A stretch of DNA of 64,000 nt from Alphaproteobacteria bacterium (GCA_017503725.1 JAFVSL010000006.1:22593-86592), one strand, 5' to 3'; counted from the stretch's first letter, positions 30,917 to 40,647 are shown. Program-made: numbers and translations. The notes: generated from the sequence alone by a model not told the origin.

Positions 30917-30982
30917 AAATCCCGCATTTCGGGCCCCACGCAAACATTCATTTGCGTGGGTGAACATTCGCGGGATTTTTTT
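30915..30982. terminator. Bidirectional terminator with nested inner palindrome
   Basis: AAAAATCCCGC...GCGGGATTTTT enclosing CCCACGCAAA-N6-TTTGCGTGGG. Confidence 0.7.
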
Positions 30983-32570
30983 ATACAAACTTTTCCGGGA
31001 CCAGGCTGCATATCGATTTCCAAACACGCCGGAAAATGGATGTGTCAGGTGCACGCTTGTGAACCTGGGGCTTTTTATCGCCGGGGCGACTGCCGGTCCA
31101 GACGGGATCTCCGTCTTCATCCAGTGTGACACGCCACGACGTCTGGGTGTCTTTTAAAATCATCGCACGCAGTTTGTCTGCAAAATCACGACTTTCGAAA
31201 ATGGCCACATTTTCCGTGTTGTAATATGCACTGCGTGGATCCAGGTTGAAACTGCCTATCCAGGAAATGTCATCGTCAAACACCATTGTCTTGCTGTGCA
31301 GAACCGAAAAACTGGATTGTTTTCTTTCGCGGTCGTGTTCTTTCCCGCGTAAATTTTCCGCAGACACCATAAATTCGTACACATCCGCCCCTGATTCAAT
31401 CAGTTGCTTGCGATACTTTTCCCATTTTGCATACACCGTCGGTGCATTTGTAGATGCCAACGAATTCGTGACAATCGTCATATGTACGCCCGATTTTTCT
31501 TCGTGCAACATATGTTCCAAGCCCCCTTGGCCCGGGACAAAGTACGCCGCCGACATATAAACAGATTTATCCGTTTTATCCCACAGGTGTTGTAACGCAC
31601 GAACGATGTCACCACGATATGCCTCTTTTTCATCCATTGACATTTCAACCTTTTGTGGTGGGTCGGCCAAGAATTTTCCGCGCCCCCAACTAAAATCAAA
31701 TTTCTTGGTTTGATATTCACGTTGGGCCATTGCGATGATGTTGTTGTACCGATTAACTTCTTCTGCACTTTTTTCGGCGATTTTTGCAAATTCGCGTTCC
31801 AGTTTCTTTAATCCGCGCTTGGTCTGGGCGCGTGGGAATGCCGCCGCCGGAATAGACAGGTGGTGGTTCCAGTATTCGTCGAAACTTTTTGTCGCGTGGC
31901 GTGTCATTTCACCAATAAACAAAACGTCAGTATCTGAAAAATTCGACGCCGTTTCTGGATAGAAATAGTTACTGCCGACATTGCGACCACCGGTGATGTA
32001 CGCAACATTGTCCACGATGAACAATTTATTATGCATACGCGAATTCAGGCGATTAAAGTCCATCATAAACTGTGGATAATAAAACAGTTTTGTACGATTT
32101 TTAACGGTATTGAAAACCTTGACCTCTATATTCGGGTGCTGGTTCAGTAACATTACATCCACAATATCAGATTTTGTTCCGTAATCATCCAGCAAAATTC
32201 GTACTTTGACCCCGCGGTCTGCGGCATTTTTAAGTTCGCCGATTAAAACCTTGGACGAGAAATCATTACTATAAATATAGGTCTGCAAATCAATCGTCTT
32301 GGTCGCCATACGTGCAAACGCGGAACGGATAACAAACGCAGACAGTCCGTCTTCGATTAACGTTGCGCCCGACACATCGTCGCCCGCCGCCAGTTCGGCT
32401 GCATAGCATTTTGCAATCGGCGTTTCGTATGGGTTATATTGAAAGTCGTGTGGGGTAACCTTGGCCGAATAGCCGTCCAGGCGTTTGTCACTGGTTGTTG
32501 TTGGTACGGTCGTGCACCCAATCAGTGGCAGACACAATATAAACATCGAAACTTTTTTTAATATGTTCAA
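30981..32570 (-). CDS. Phospholipase D family protein (ClsC/YmdC-like), probable lipoprotein
   Basis: Two HKD motifs (RMHNKLFIVD..GGRN; LHSKTMVFD..GSFNLDPRS); LPLIGC lipobox-like sequence. Confidence 0.9.
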   Translation of the reverse strand: MNILKKVSMFILCLPLIGCTTVPTTTSDKRLDGYSAKVTPHDFQYNPYETPIAKCYAAELAAGDDVSGATLIEDGLSAFVIRSAFARMATKTIDLQTYIYSNDFSSKVLIGELKNAADRGVKVRILLDDYGTKSDIVDVMLLNQHPNIEVKVFNTVKNRTKLFYYPQFMMDFNRLNSRMHNKLFIVDNVAYITGGRNVGSNYFYPETASNFSDTDVLFIGEMTRHATKSFDEYWNHHLSIPAAAFPRAQTKRGLKKLEREFAKIAEKSAEEVNRYNNIIAMAQREYQTKKFDFSWGRGKFLADPPQKVEMSMDEKEAYRGDIVRALQHLWDKTDKSVYMSAAYFVPGQGGLEHMLHEEKSGVHMTIVTNSLASTNAPTVYAKWEKYRKQLIESGADVYEFMVSAENLRGKEHDRERKQSSFSVLHSKTMVFDDDISWIGSFNLDPRSAYYNTENVAIFESRDFADKLRAMILKDTQTSWRVTLDEDGDPVWTGSRPGDKKPQVHKRAPDTSIFRRVWKSICSLVPEKFV

Positions 32571-32762
32571 CTTTTTTACCCCCGTGATTATATAGTATAG
32601 TACAAATAAAAAGCATTTTACAAGTTAAATTCATTATATTTTTTAATGAATTAGGATTTAAATCAGTCCTATCAAATAAATTAAAGTTTTCTGTCAATTT
32701 TTTTGCTTGTCTGAATTTGCGCTATGTGATAAAATGCAATATCAGAGAAGGGAAGAAAAAAT

Positions 32763-34865
32763 ATGAAAAGATTTGTTGCAGTATTAAGTGGATTGCTGGT
32801 AATGCCCGCATTTGCTGAGGTTGCGCCTGTTTACTATGACGACGTAATCGAATATTCTGATGCCGAAATGTATGACGGTGATGTCGTCGTTGATGACGAA
32901 TTCGTCGTCGAGGGCGAAGAAAAAAATGTCGCGGCACCAAGTGTACCGGCACGTAATACGAATCGTTCTTCAACGCGTGCAACACGTTCATTGCCGACCG
33001 CTTCGACATCTGGGGCGACAACGCGTGCGTCAAATACGGCACCATCGCGTGCGGTTGCATCACGTGCGGCGGCCAATATTTCCCAAACGCGCAGTGCTAT
33101 GACCCGCGGAACTGCAACCCGTGGTGCGGCATCACGTGCGGCGACTTCCCAAAACGTTTCCACGCGTCGTGCGACGACTACGTCGCCGGCGACAACCGCC
33201 CGTGCGGGTACGGTATCTATTACACAAACTGATACGGTTAATACACCATTGTATACCGGTCGCGTTGGTACGCGTACGGTTGGTGCGGCATCTGTTCGTG
33301 CACGTGTGCCATCTGTTCGTGTTTCCAACACGGTAAGTACAGAGGCTACGCCCGTCACCGTCGAAGATGTTACAACATCAATGGATGAATTGGCGCAAAT
33401 CACCGATTTTTGCAAGGCGCAGTATACCGAATGTATGGATAACTTCTGTAATGTCCTGGACGATAATCAGGGGCGTTGCTCTTGCTCTAAGAATGTAAAA
33501 AATTATGCCAAAACCGAAGAAGCGTTAAAGGCCGCCACTGAAAACCTGCAAGACGTTGCACAAAAGATTCAGTATATCGGTTTGACCGGCGATGAAATTG
33601 ACACACTGTTTGCCCAGACAGAGGCGGAAATGCAAATGCAGGGTTCCAGTGACAGTTCGCAAATCAAAAACGATTTGGACAAGATTAAAAATATGATTGT
33701 TGATGTTAAATCTGGTACGGCCTCTTCGTCCGAGATTTCATCGGGCATCAGTATGGATTTGTCTGGCTTGTTAGACTTTAATATCGGCAGTACTGGTTTC
33801 GATCTGACCGGATTGTTTGGAACAACAACGACCAACACGTCCAGCATTTCCAATCAGCGTGGCGAAGAACTATACAAAACTGCGGCATCACGCTGCAAAG
33901 CGGCGGTTTTAAACAATTGTGCGTCCCAGGGCGTAGATATTGCCGTTATCACAAATTCATATGATTTGGAAATTGATAAACAATGTGTTGCATACGAACG
34001 CTCATTGACGGATGCAAACGATCAAATGCGCGCGACGGTTCGTAATGCACAATCCGTTCTGCAAAAGGCACGTTTAATGGTTGCGCAGCAAAAGAATTCT
34101 TACGACCTGCGTGGCTGCGTAAATGCGTTGGATTCATGTATGCAGGATGACTTTGTATGTGGAACAGACTATGAAAACTGTCTGGATCCATCCGGTAAAT
34201 ACATCGTTAATGGTGAGGTCGTTACTGGTTCCCAGCCGGGACGCTCTTATGCGGACAACGCTGATACAGCAGGGTTGGTGGAAACCTGTAATAAATATGG
34301 TCTTTATGCCACCTGGTCTAAAGATGGTAAGGAGAACGACGACAAAACACACGCGTGGTGTTCTGTTGCGGATTCTACAAATGGGGGCAAGGTATTCAAT
34401 TTAAATGATTATATTGACAAAACGGTTACTTCTGAAACAGATCCAGCGGCTACAGATTTTGTTATGTCTCGGTATTTGTTGAACAAGATTGGTTATGTTG
34501 ATACAGAGGGCAAAAGCAAGGGTATGTGTATCTCGATTCTTAACAAGTGCCAGGATTATACCTATGTTGATGGTGCATACAAGGTAGATAACCAGGTTGT
34601 AAAAGAATTCTTGCGTCGTACCCTGACCCAGATCAAGGTCGCCCAGGATGATGTTATTGCGGATTATGCCGAAAATTGTACGGGCGAGGTTACATCTTGT
34701 CTGAACCAAAACAATTACACGGCGGCGCCAAATATTGCGGTTAATGCGTGTCGCTCGGCGATTATAACGTGTATGTCTGTAAATGGTGATACGTCTGGAA
34801 GCCCTCAGCCAGCTGCAATGCTTGATTGGGTTGAAAAAGTTCTTGGACTGGATTCCGCTGAATAA
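32763..34865 (+). CDS. Secreted hypothetical protein with S/T/R/A-rich N-terminal region and Cys-rich helical domains
   Basis: Signal peptide (PAFA); low-complexity RA/RS/RT tract; CKAQYTECMDNFC..GRCSCS and many further Cys. Confidence 0.8.
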   Translation: MKRFVAVLSGLLVMPAFAEVAPVYYDDVIEYSDAEMYDGDVVVDDEFVVEGEEKNVAAPSVPARNTNRSSTRATRSLPTASTSGATTRASNTAPSRAVASRAAANISQTRSAMTRGTATRGAASRAATSQNVSTRRATTTSPATTARAGTVSITQTDTVNTPLYTGRVGTRTVGAASVRARVPSVRVSNTVSTEATPVTVEDVTTSMDELAQITDFCKAQYTECMDNFCNVLDDNQGRCSCSKNVKNYAKTEEALKAATENLQDVAQKIQYIGLTGDEIDTLFAQTEAEMQMQGSSDSSQIKNDLDKIKNMIVDVKSGTASSSEISSGISMDLSGLLDFNIGSTGFDLTGLFGTTTTNTSSISNQRGEELYKTAASRCKAAVLNNCASQGVDIAVITNSYDLEIDKQCVAYERSLTDANDQMRATVRNAQSVLQKARLMVAQQKNSYDLRGCVNALDSCMQDDFVCGTDYENCLDPSGKYIVNGEVVTGSQPGRSYADNADTAGLVETCNKYGLYATWSKDGKENDDKTHAWCSVADSTNGGKVFNLNDYIDKTVTSETDPAATDFVMSRYLLNKIGYVDTEGKSKGMCISILNKCQDYTYVDGAYKVDNQVVKEFLRRTLTQIKVAQDDVIADYAENCTGEVTSCLNQNNYTAAPNIAVNACRSAIITCMSVNGDTSGSPQPAAMLDWVEKVLGLDSAE

Positions 34866-34902
34866 ACCAAAGGTAATAAAAAATCCCCCAAACGGGGGAT
34901 TT

Positions 34903-35229
34903 TTAATGTGCTGTCACGTGTAATATCACACTTAGTACAAACAATATCGTAATTACGGACATTATAATCTTTTGGGTGCGGTGCGATTTATCGCCATCGC
35001 AATGTTCGCATTTGCACCGACAGTCGCGCGCCACCATATACCACGACAGGGCCAACAACGCCCCCGACACAACAAATAAAAATGGTTCCCATTCGTGCGG
35101 GATTAAATGAAAGTGCGCAGATTCCGGCGCAATCAATCCAATAACCGACAATGCAATTGGCACGCCACAACAGAATATGTGTGGCACAATTGATGCGATA
35201 ATCCCAATTTTAACGGCTTTGTTTTTCAT
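34903..35229 (-). CDS. Small MerC/MerT-like heavy-metal membrane protein
   Basis: Three TM segments; HIFCC in TM1; CRCKCEHC loop; His-rich. Confidence 0.6.
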   Translation of the reverse strand: MKNKAVKIGIIASIVPHIFCCGVPIALSVIGLIAPESAHFHLIPHEWEPFLFVVSGALLALSWYMVARDCRCKCEHCDGDKSHRTQKIIMSVITILFVLSVILHVTAH

Positions 35230-35347
35230 TCGTTTTCCCTTTATGTGCGTGAAATTATAGTAAATTTTTTTGCCCTGTAAATCATAAAATAATAAGATAA
35301 AAATCCATATTGACAAAAATGAATAATGTGCTATATAATTAAGTATT

Positions 35348-36277
35348 ATGTTTGATGTAATCAAAACCGCATATGCATTAAAAAATGGTGTAAGTCAGCG
35401 CAGTGTTTATAACTGGCACGCGCCCGTGTTTTTGTTTACAAATGAAAATATATCTGGGTATTTATCGCAAATGAATGATGTGGCGGACAAAAATGTTTTA
35501 ACCGTCACCGGCAGTGGCGATCACGCCTTTGAATGTTTGATTCGTGGTGCCAAAAATGTTGATACATTTGACGTAAACTATCTGCAGGGGCATATTTTGG
35601 AATTAAAGTCCAAGATGATAAAGCATCTGCCGTATTTATCATTTATGCATTTCTTTTTTAACGAGGCAGATTTTTTTAATCGTGACATTATAAAGCCCAT
35701 ATGGCATAAATTTTCGCCGGCACTTAAAATATTTTTGAACAAGTATTACAAGATGCGCAACCGCTCTTTGTTTCGATATCGCGCCGCGCAATCTGTATTT
35801 TATGACATTGATAAAATATCGTATATCAATGATGTTACGGCATATTCGTATCTATCACATATAATGCCCGACAAGATTGGTTTTACGCACACAGATCTGA
35901 TGAATATTACCAATCGTTGCAACACGGTGTATGACACGATTTTATTATCGAATATATCCGAATATATGTTCGAAGAAATTCCAGACACCGCCGGACGGAT
36001 TATGGCATTCTATGACAATGTGATAACGCCGATTGCGGACCAGAATCTGAACGCCAACAACGGTCAGATTTGTTTTAACTATGCCTGGTGTGCGAATACG
36101 GCTGATTATCGCACAATGATTGACGCGATTCAGCAATATATGAAATACCGGATTGATGATTTTTGCCCCCTGGAACATAAAATCGATATGGTTACAGTCC
36201 CAACCGTGTATAACAGTGTGATGAATCCCGGTGCGGGGATGGATGTAGCACTGACTTTTAGTCAAAAGGTGCGATAA
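35348..36277 (+). CDS. DUF3419/BtaA-like SAM-dependent transferase (paralog 1)
   Basis: FTNENISGY..VLTVTGSGDHAFEC..GAKNVDTFDVN..ELK; YDTILLSNI. Confidence 0.75.
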   Translation: MFDVIKTAYALKNGVSQRSVYNWHAPVFLFTNENISGYLSQMNDVADKNVLTVTGSGDHAFECLIRGAKNVDTFDVNYLQGHILELKSKMIKHLPYLSFMHFFFNEADFFNRDIIKPIWHKFSPALKIFLNKYYKMRNRSLFRYRAAQSVFYDIDKISYINDVTAYSYLSHIMPDKIGFTHTDLMNITNRCNTVYDTILLSNISEYMFEEIPDTAGRIMAFYDNVITPIADQNLNANNGQICFNYAWCANTADYRTMIDAIQQYMKYRIDDFCPLEHKIDMVTVPTVYNSVMNPGAGMDVALTFSQKVR

Positions 36278-37192
36278 ATGTTTCAGCGTATGCCCGATTT
36301 TAACCAAGATACAATTTGTTCCAGCCAGGGCTATCAAAAAGACCTGGAAGTGTTCCTGTTTTCAAATGAAAATGTTGCGGGATATCTTGATAATTTTGAT
36401 TTGGGCGGCAAAATCATATTGTCGGTGGGGGCATCTGGTGACCATATGTTTGAATGCTATGCACGCGGCGCAAAACACGTGGACACATTTGATATAAATT
36501 ATCGCCAGAAACCAATCATAGAATTAAAAAATCATATGATTAAAAATGTCCCATATGAAGATTTTTTAAAATTCTTTTTCACCAAAGAATATTTTTTTGA
36601 CCCACAAATAATCAAACCGATTATGCCACTGTTTTCATCATCGTTGCGTATGTTTATGGACCTGTATTACAGTATGGGTAATGCCGGTCGTAAAATGTTT
36701 GCGTATCATGGTCGGCTGGACCATATGGCCCATTATGATAACAAGTATTATTCAGACGCGGCAAGATATGATCGGTTGGCGTCAAAATTGCCACAAAATA
36801 TCAGTTTTAAACACCTGGATATTACGGGTGTATCTGCAAACTTTACACGAAAATATGATTTTATTATGCTGTCGAATATTTTTGATTTTCAGCACAGTGA
36901 AATATCAGACGGTTGTCGGGCGTTAAATCAGTTCTATAAGGGCACGCTGGGTGAATTGGCGCGCAATAATCTAAGGGCGGATGGTGGAATAATATTATTA
37001 GAATATATGTGGGGCAATAACGCATCAACGCGTGATCAAATGTGGGATGCGTGGCAAAAATTTGCCACCAAGCAAAATTCAAAAACGCACGCCACCGGCC
37101 ACAAGATGGATAATTGTTTTGTAAAACCTATGATGGGCAGCAAACGCTATGACAATGTCCTTTATATGACCCAGAATCAAAAAATCAAATAA
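36278..37192 (+). CDS. DUF3419/BtaA-like SAM-dependent transferase (paralog 2)
   Basis: FSNENVAGY..ILSVGASGDHMFEC..GAKHVDTFDIN..ELK; YDFIMLSNI; abuts paralog 1 (TAA-ATG). Confidence 0.75.
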   Translation: MFQRMPDFNQDTICSSQGYQKDLEVFLFSNENVAGYLDNFDLGGKIILSVGASGDHMFECYARGAKHVDTFDINYRQKPIIELKNHMIKNVPYEDFLKFFFTKEYFFDPQIIKPIMPLFSSSLRMFMDLYYSMGNAGRKMFAYHGRLDHMAHYDNKYYSDAARYDRLASKLPQNISFKHLDITGVSANFTRKYDFIMLSNIFDFQHSEISDGCRALNQFYKGTLGELARNNLRADGGIILLEYMWGNNASTRDQMWDAWQKFATKQNSKTHATGHKMDNCFVKPMMGSKRYDNVLYMTQNQKIK

Positions 37193-37194
37193 TC

Positions 37195-37270
37195 TGGCAT
37201 CCCCAACAGGAATCGAACCTGTATCTAATTCTTAGGAGGAATTTGTTCTATCCAATTGAACTATGGGGAC
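37195..37270 (-). tRNA. tRNA-Arg(CCT)
   Basis: Minus strand GTCCCCA..GTTC/GAAC..AATTC-CTCCTAA-GAATT..ACAGG-TTCGATT-CCTGT-TGGGGAT-G-CCA. Confidence 0.95.
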
Positions 37271-37392
37271 ATAAATTCCTGGCAATATTAAAACAAATGA
37301 AACAGGTTAGCAATAATTTTATGTATTTGATATTGACAGAATTTATATTTGTGCTATATATTACTGGGATAATTAGAACAAAGGACTAAAAC

Positions 37393-39273
37393 GTGGCAGG
37401 CAAGCAGCAATATACAGCAACCATTGAACTTGGGGATGGCAAAGACATATTGACCGTAGATATGTTGAATTTGCCATATGATATGTTTGGACCAGATTTT
37501 CCGCTGGAAATAATTGGACCCGTTGATATGGGCAAGTGCAAGGGGCAACCATTGCCAGATATGACCGATGTTGTTATTTATGGCGAATTTGATTGTTCGA
37601 CGTGCACTATAAATTCAGACACAGTTTTACCAAAACAAATATCGACATTGATATGCAAGCATTCTATCAATAATCTTGATGTATTGGTTGGTATATTGCC
37701 ACTTTCGTTGAAAAAGGTTGTTGTAAGACCCGCCATCATCAACGCCGTCAAAGACGGTATAAAGAAAAATGCAACCGATGACAGTGCATATCAAAGCGCC
37801 ATTAGGTTTATGGATGCGTACCCAAATATTACGGTCACAGATGGCAAGAAAACACTGGCAGAAATTATCCAAGAGCATAAAAATACCAAAGAAGTGGCAA
37901 AGCCCAAGGTTACTGCGACCGCGCCCGTAACGCCACAAATAGAGGCGCAAACAGATGATTGGATGTCCGTGAATGATCTGGTGCCCGTGTGCGAAGAAAA
38001 ACTGGGGGCGGATTTATTGGCGCGTCTGGACAAAGATTTGAAAAGATATATTCGCCAGGCTTTAACCAAAAAAAGTAATATGAACGTTGACGCGCGCGAA
38101 ATGAAGCGGTCTGACGGAACCGTGGTCAAATGTATCCACAAAGACGATATTGTGCGTGTTGTCGAATATATTGCGCAGTCTGTTGTTTCGCAAGATAGCG
38201 CAACCGCAACACAGCCTGTGCCAAAGAAAAAAACTGCAAACGCCAGCGTTACGCCAAAGGCAACAACCGAACCGCGAAAATATTATATCGATAATCGTGA
38301 AATCGAACGCGTTAAAATAAAGAAATATATATCCAAATCCGCTTGGGGACAGATTTTGTCCAAGGTTGGTAAAAACATAACCGCTTTGTTGGATATATTA
38401 CAAGACATAGAAAACATCAACGTCAATCCCGCATTGGCGCATACCGCATCTGGCCAGGTTGCGTTTATCAAAGATGGCGCGGTCCAGGTTTCACCAACTG
38501 TTGGCTTTAAAAACGGTCGCTGTCTGGCCCAGGGGTTTGGCACACTGGATGATCGTCCGCGTATCGTATGGGGGATTTGTGGTAATACATTTGTTTGTCA
38601 GAACTTTTATCCCGCGCACGAGGGCAAGGTAAAGTTAGAATATAACACATTGCTGCGAACCATTGATATTGATATAACCAAGATTGACCTAGAAGAATAT
38701 TTATTGGTTACCGATTTGATAAAGGAAATCAAGGTCGCGCGCCCCATCCCAAAGGAAGAGGTTAAACCAACACCCGTCATAACGGATGCGCCCGTCACGT
38801 CCGCACCAAAATCGGATACGGCCCCCGTCATTGAAATGGATACGACACCCGCGCCAACTGTGGCCCCAGATGTGATTCCCGCGGAACCAAAGCCGGAAAC
38901 CAAAGTAAAGCGTCCGCGTATTGTTCGGACCCCTGTCGAAACACGGGTTGAGGTTCCGTCGCCCGTTAAAATTGCTGTGGATACGCCCGTCAAAGAAGAT
39001 GTCGCGCCCGTCGCGCGCACATATAAATGGGCATCGCTGTATCATCTTAACGGTCGATTGATTGCCAAATACAATGCAACCGTTCGGCATCAACAGGAAT
39101 TGTTGCAGGCACTGTCGACGCAAACGGACACTGAATTGTTATTGCAAACAACCCAAAAATTACAACAGGTTCTTGAAACCAAGAAAAAGATTGAGGCCGC
39201 CCGCAAAGAACTTGAACAAAAGAACGACGAGTTATTTGATTTTATTGACAAGATTCATCAGATGTTGCACTAA
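37393..39273 (+). CDS. Multidomain hypothetical protein (LRR-like N-terminus, possible RelE-like domain, P/T-rich linkers, coiled-coil tail)
   Basis: 626-aa ORF, GTG start with AAGGA RBS, TTGACA promoter upstream. Confidence 0.75.
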   Translation: MAGKQQYTATIELGDGKDILTVDMLNLPYDMFGPDFPLEIIGPVDMGKCKGQPLPDMTDVVIYGEFDCSTCTINSDTVLPKQISTLICKHSINNLDVLVGILPLSLKKVVVRPAIINAVKDGIKKNATDDSAYQSAIRFMDAYPNITVTDGKKTLAEIIQEHKNTKEVAKPKVTATAPVTPQIEAQTDDWMSVNDLVPVCEEKLGADLLARLDKDLKRYIRQALTKKSNMNVDAREMKRSDGTVVKCIHKDDIVRVVEYIAQSVVSQDSATATQPVPKKKTANASVTPKATTEPRKYYIDNREIERVKIKKYISKSAWGQILSKVGKNITALLDILQDIENINVNPALAHTASGQVAFIKDGAVQVSPTVGFKNGRCLAQGFGTLDDRPRIVWGICGNTFVCQNFYPAHEGKVKLEYNTLLRTIDIDITKIDLEEYLLVTDLIKEIKVARPIPKEEVKPTPVITDAPVTSAPKSDTAPVIEMDTTPAPTVAPDVIPAEPKPETKVKRPRIVRTPVETRVEVPSPVKIAVDTPVKEDVAPVARTYKWASLYHLNGRLIAKYNATVRHQQELLQALSTQTDTELLLQTTQKLQQVLETKKKIEAARKELEQKNDELFDFIDKIHQMLH

Positions 39274-39389
39274 ACCCAGGCACCGCATATCGCGGTGTTT
39301 TTTTTATTCTAAAAATCATATTGCAAGATGTTTTTTGCGTCTGTATAATGCGTTGGCAAAAAAATCAAAGGGCAGGGGACCGTATCTCT

Positions 39390-40328
39390 ATGGGAAATAA
39401 GTTAATTGGCTATGGTGCATATTTGCCGTCTCGCGTTATGACTAATGCCGATTTTGAACGTATTATGGACACGACCGACGAATGGATTGTCACGCGTACG
39501 GGAATTCGTGAACGTCATATTGCGCGCGAAGATGAAACGGTTGTTGATATGGCCGTTATTGCGGCACGGCGTGCGCTGGAAAATGCCGCCTTGACCATAG
39601 ATGATATCGATATGCTGATTGTGGCAACGACAACGCCGGAATTGGATTTTCCGTCCGTTGGGGTTCAAATTCTGGGGCGCCTGGGGGCAACCCGAAATCA
39701 GCCCGCCTTTGATGTTCGTGGTGCGTGTACGGGCTATATTTATGCGCTGCATACGGCGCGTGCGTTCTTTACCGCCGGTATGCACCAGCGTATTATGATT
39801 ATTGGTGCGGAAAAAATGTCGCGCTTTATTGATTGGTCTGATCGCAGTACGGCTGTTTTATTCGGTGATGGTGCCGGTGCGTTAATATTTGAACGTTCCA
39901 CATCCAGTTATTCTGGAATTATCGATACGGTTGTAATGGCCGACGGTGCGGGCTATGATATGTTGCACGGCACGAACGACCATAAAATCGAAATGAATGG
40001 TCCCGAAACATATCGGCGCGCGATTATGTCAATGCCACACGCGGCGCGTTACATAATGGAACACGCGGGAATTACGGCCGACAATGTCGACTGGATTATC
40101 CCGCACCAGGCGAACCTGCGCATAATTGAAAGTTGTGCGGCACGCCTGGAATTTCCACTGAACAAGATTTTGGTTACGGTGGACAGACACGCAAATACCA
40201 GTGGCGCATCCGGTGTTTTAGCACTGGCATATGGATTTGAATCTGGTATGATAAAGCACGGACAGTTAATTTTATATCCCGCATTCGGCAGTGGTCTGAC
40301 CTGGGGTGCGGCATTAATAAGGGTGTAA
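39390..40328 (+). CDS. fabH: 3-oxoacyl-ACP synthase III
   Basis: DTTDEWIVTRTGIRERH, GACTGY, LFGDGAGA, PHQANLRI, ANTSGAS, FGSGLTWG. Confidence 0.96.
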   Translation: MGNKLIGYGAYLPSRVMTNADFERIMDTTDEWIVTRTGIRERHIAREDETVVDMAVIAARRALENAALTIDDIDMLIVATTTPELDFPSVGVQILGRLGATRNQPAFDVRGACTGYIYALHTARAFFTAGMHQRIMIIGAEKMSRFIDWSDRSTAVLFGDGAGALIFERSTSSYSGIIDTVVMADGAGYDMLHGTNDHKIEMNGPETYRRAIMSMPHAARYIMEHAGITADNVDWIIPHQANLRIIESCAARLEFPLNKILVTVDRHANTSGASGVLALAYGFESGMIKHGQLILYPAFGSGLTWGAALIRV

Positions 40329-40331
40329 CAA

Positions 40332-40619
40332 ATGGCAACAGTAACAAGAAGTGATTTAGCAGATAAACTGCGCGATAAGTTTGGTTTAACATCGGCGGAC
40401 GCGTACAAATTGGTTGATGTGATATTTGATGAAATAAGTGAATCTTTGCTTCACGGGGAAGAGGTCAAGTTTGCCGGATTCGGCACATTCAAGATTTTGG
40501 AAAAGAATGCTCGTATGGGTCGTAACCCAAAGACGGGCGAACCTGCACTAATCACGGCGCGCAACGTTGTCACATTCCGCCCCAGCACGGAATTCAGAAA
40601 CCGTGTCGCCAAGAAATAA
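40332..40619 (+). CDS. ihfA: Integration host factor subunit alpha
   Basis: TVTRSDLA, VKFAGFGTF, RMGRNPKTGE..ITAR.VVTFRPS; follows fabH. Confidence 0.9.
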   Translation: MATVTRSDLADKLRDKFGLTSADAYKLVDVIFDEISESLLHGEEVKFAGFGTFKILEKNARMGRNPKTGEPALITARNVVTFRPSTEFRNRVAKK

Positions 40620-40647
40620 AAAATCCCGCCATATGGCGGGATTTTTT
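40618..40647. terminator. Bidirectional terminator between ihfA and mraZ
   Basis: AAAAAATCCCGCCA-TA-TGGCGGGATTTTTT. Confidence 0.85.

Noticed and set aside
32620-32660. dif site or CtrA box
   Set aside because: Arm sequence and spacing fit neither CATAA-N6-TTATG nor TTAA-N7-TTAA
34866-37270. Integrative island at tRNA-Arg
   Set aside because: No duplicated tRNA 3' end and no integrase seen in the window
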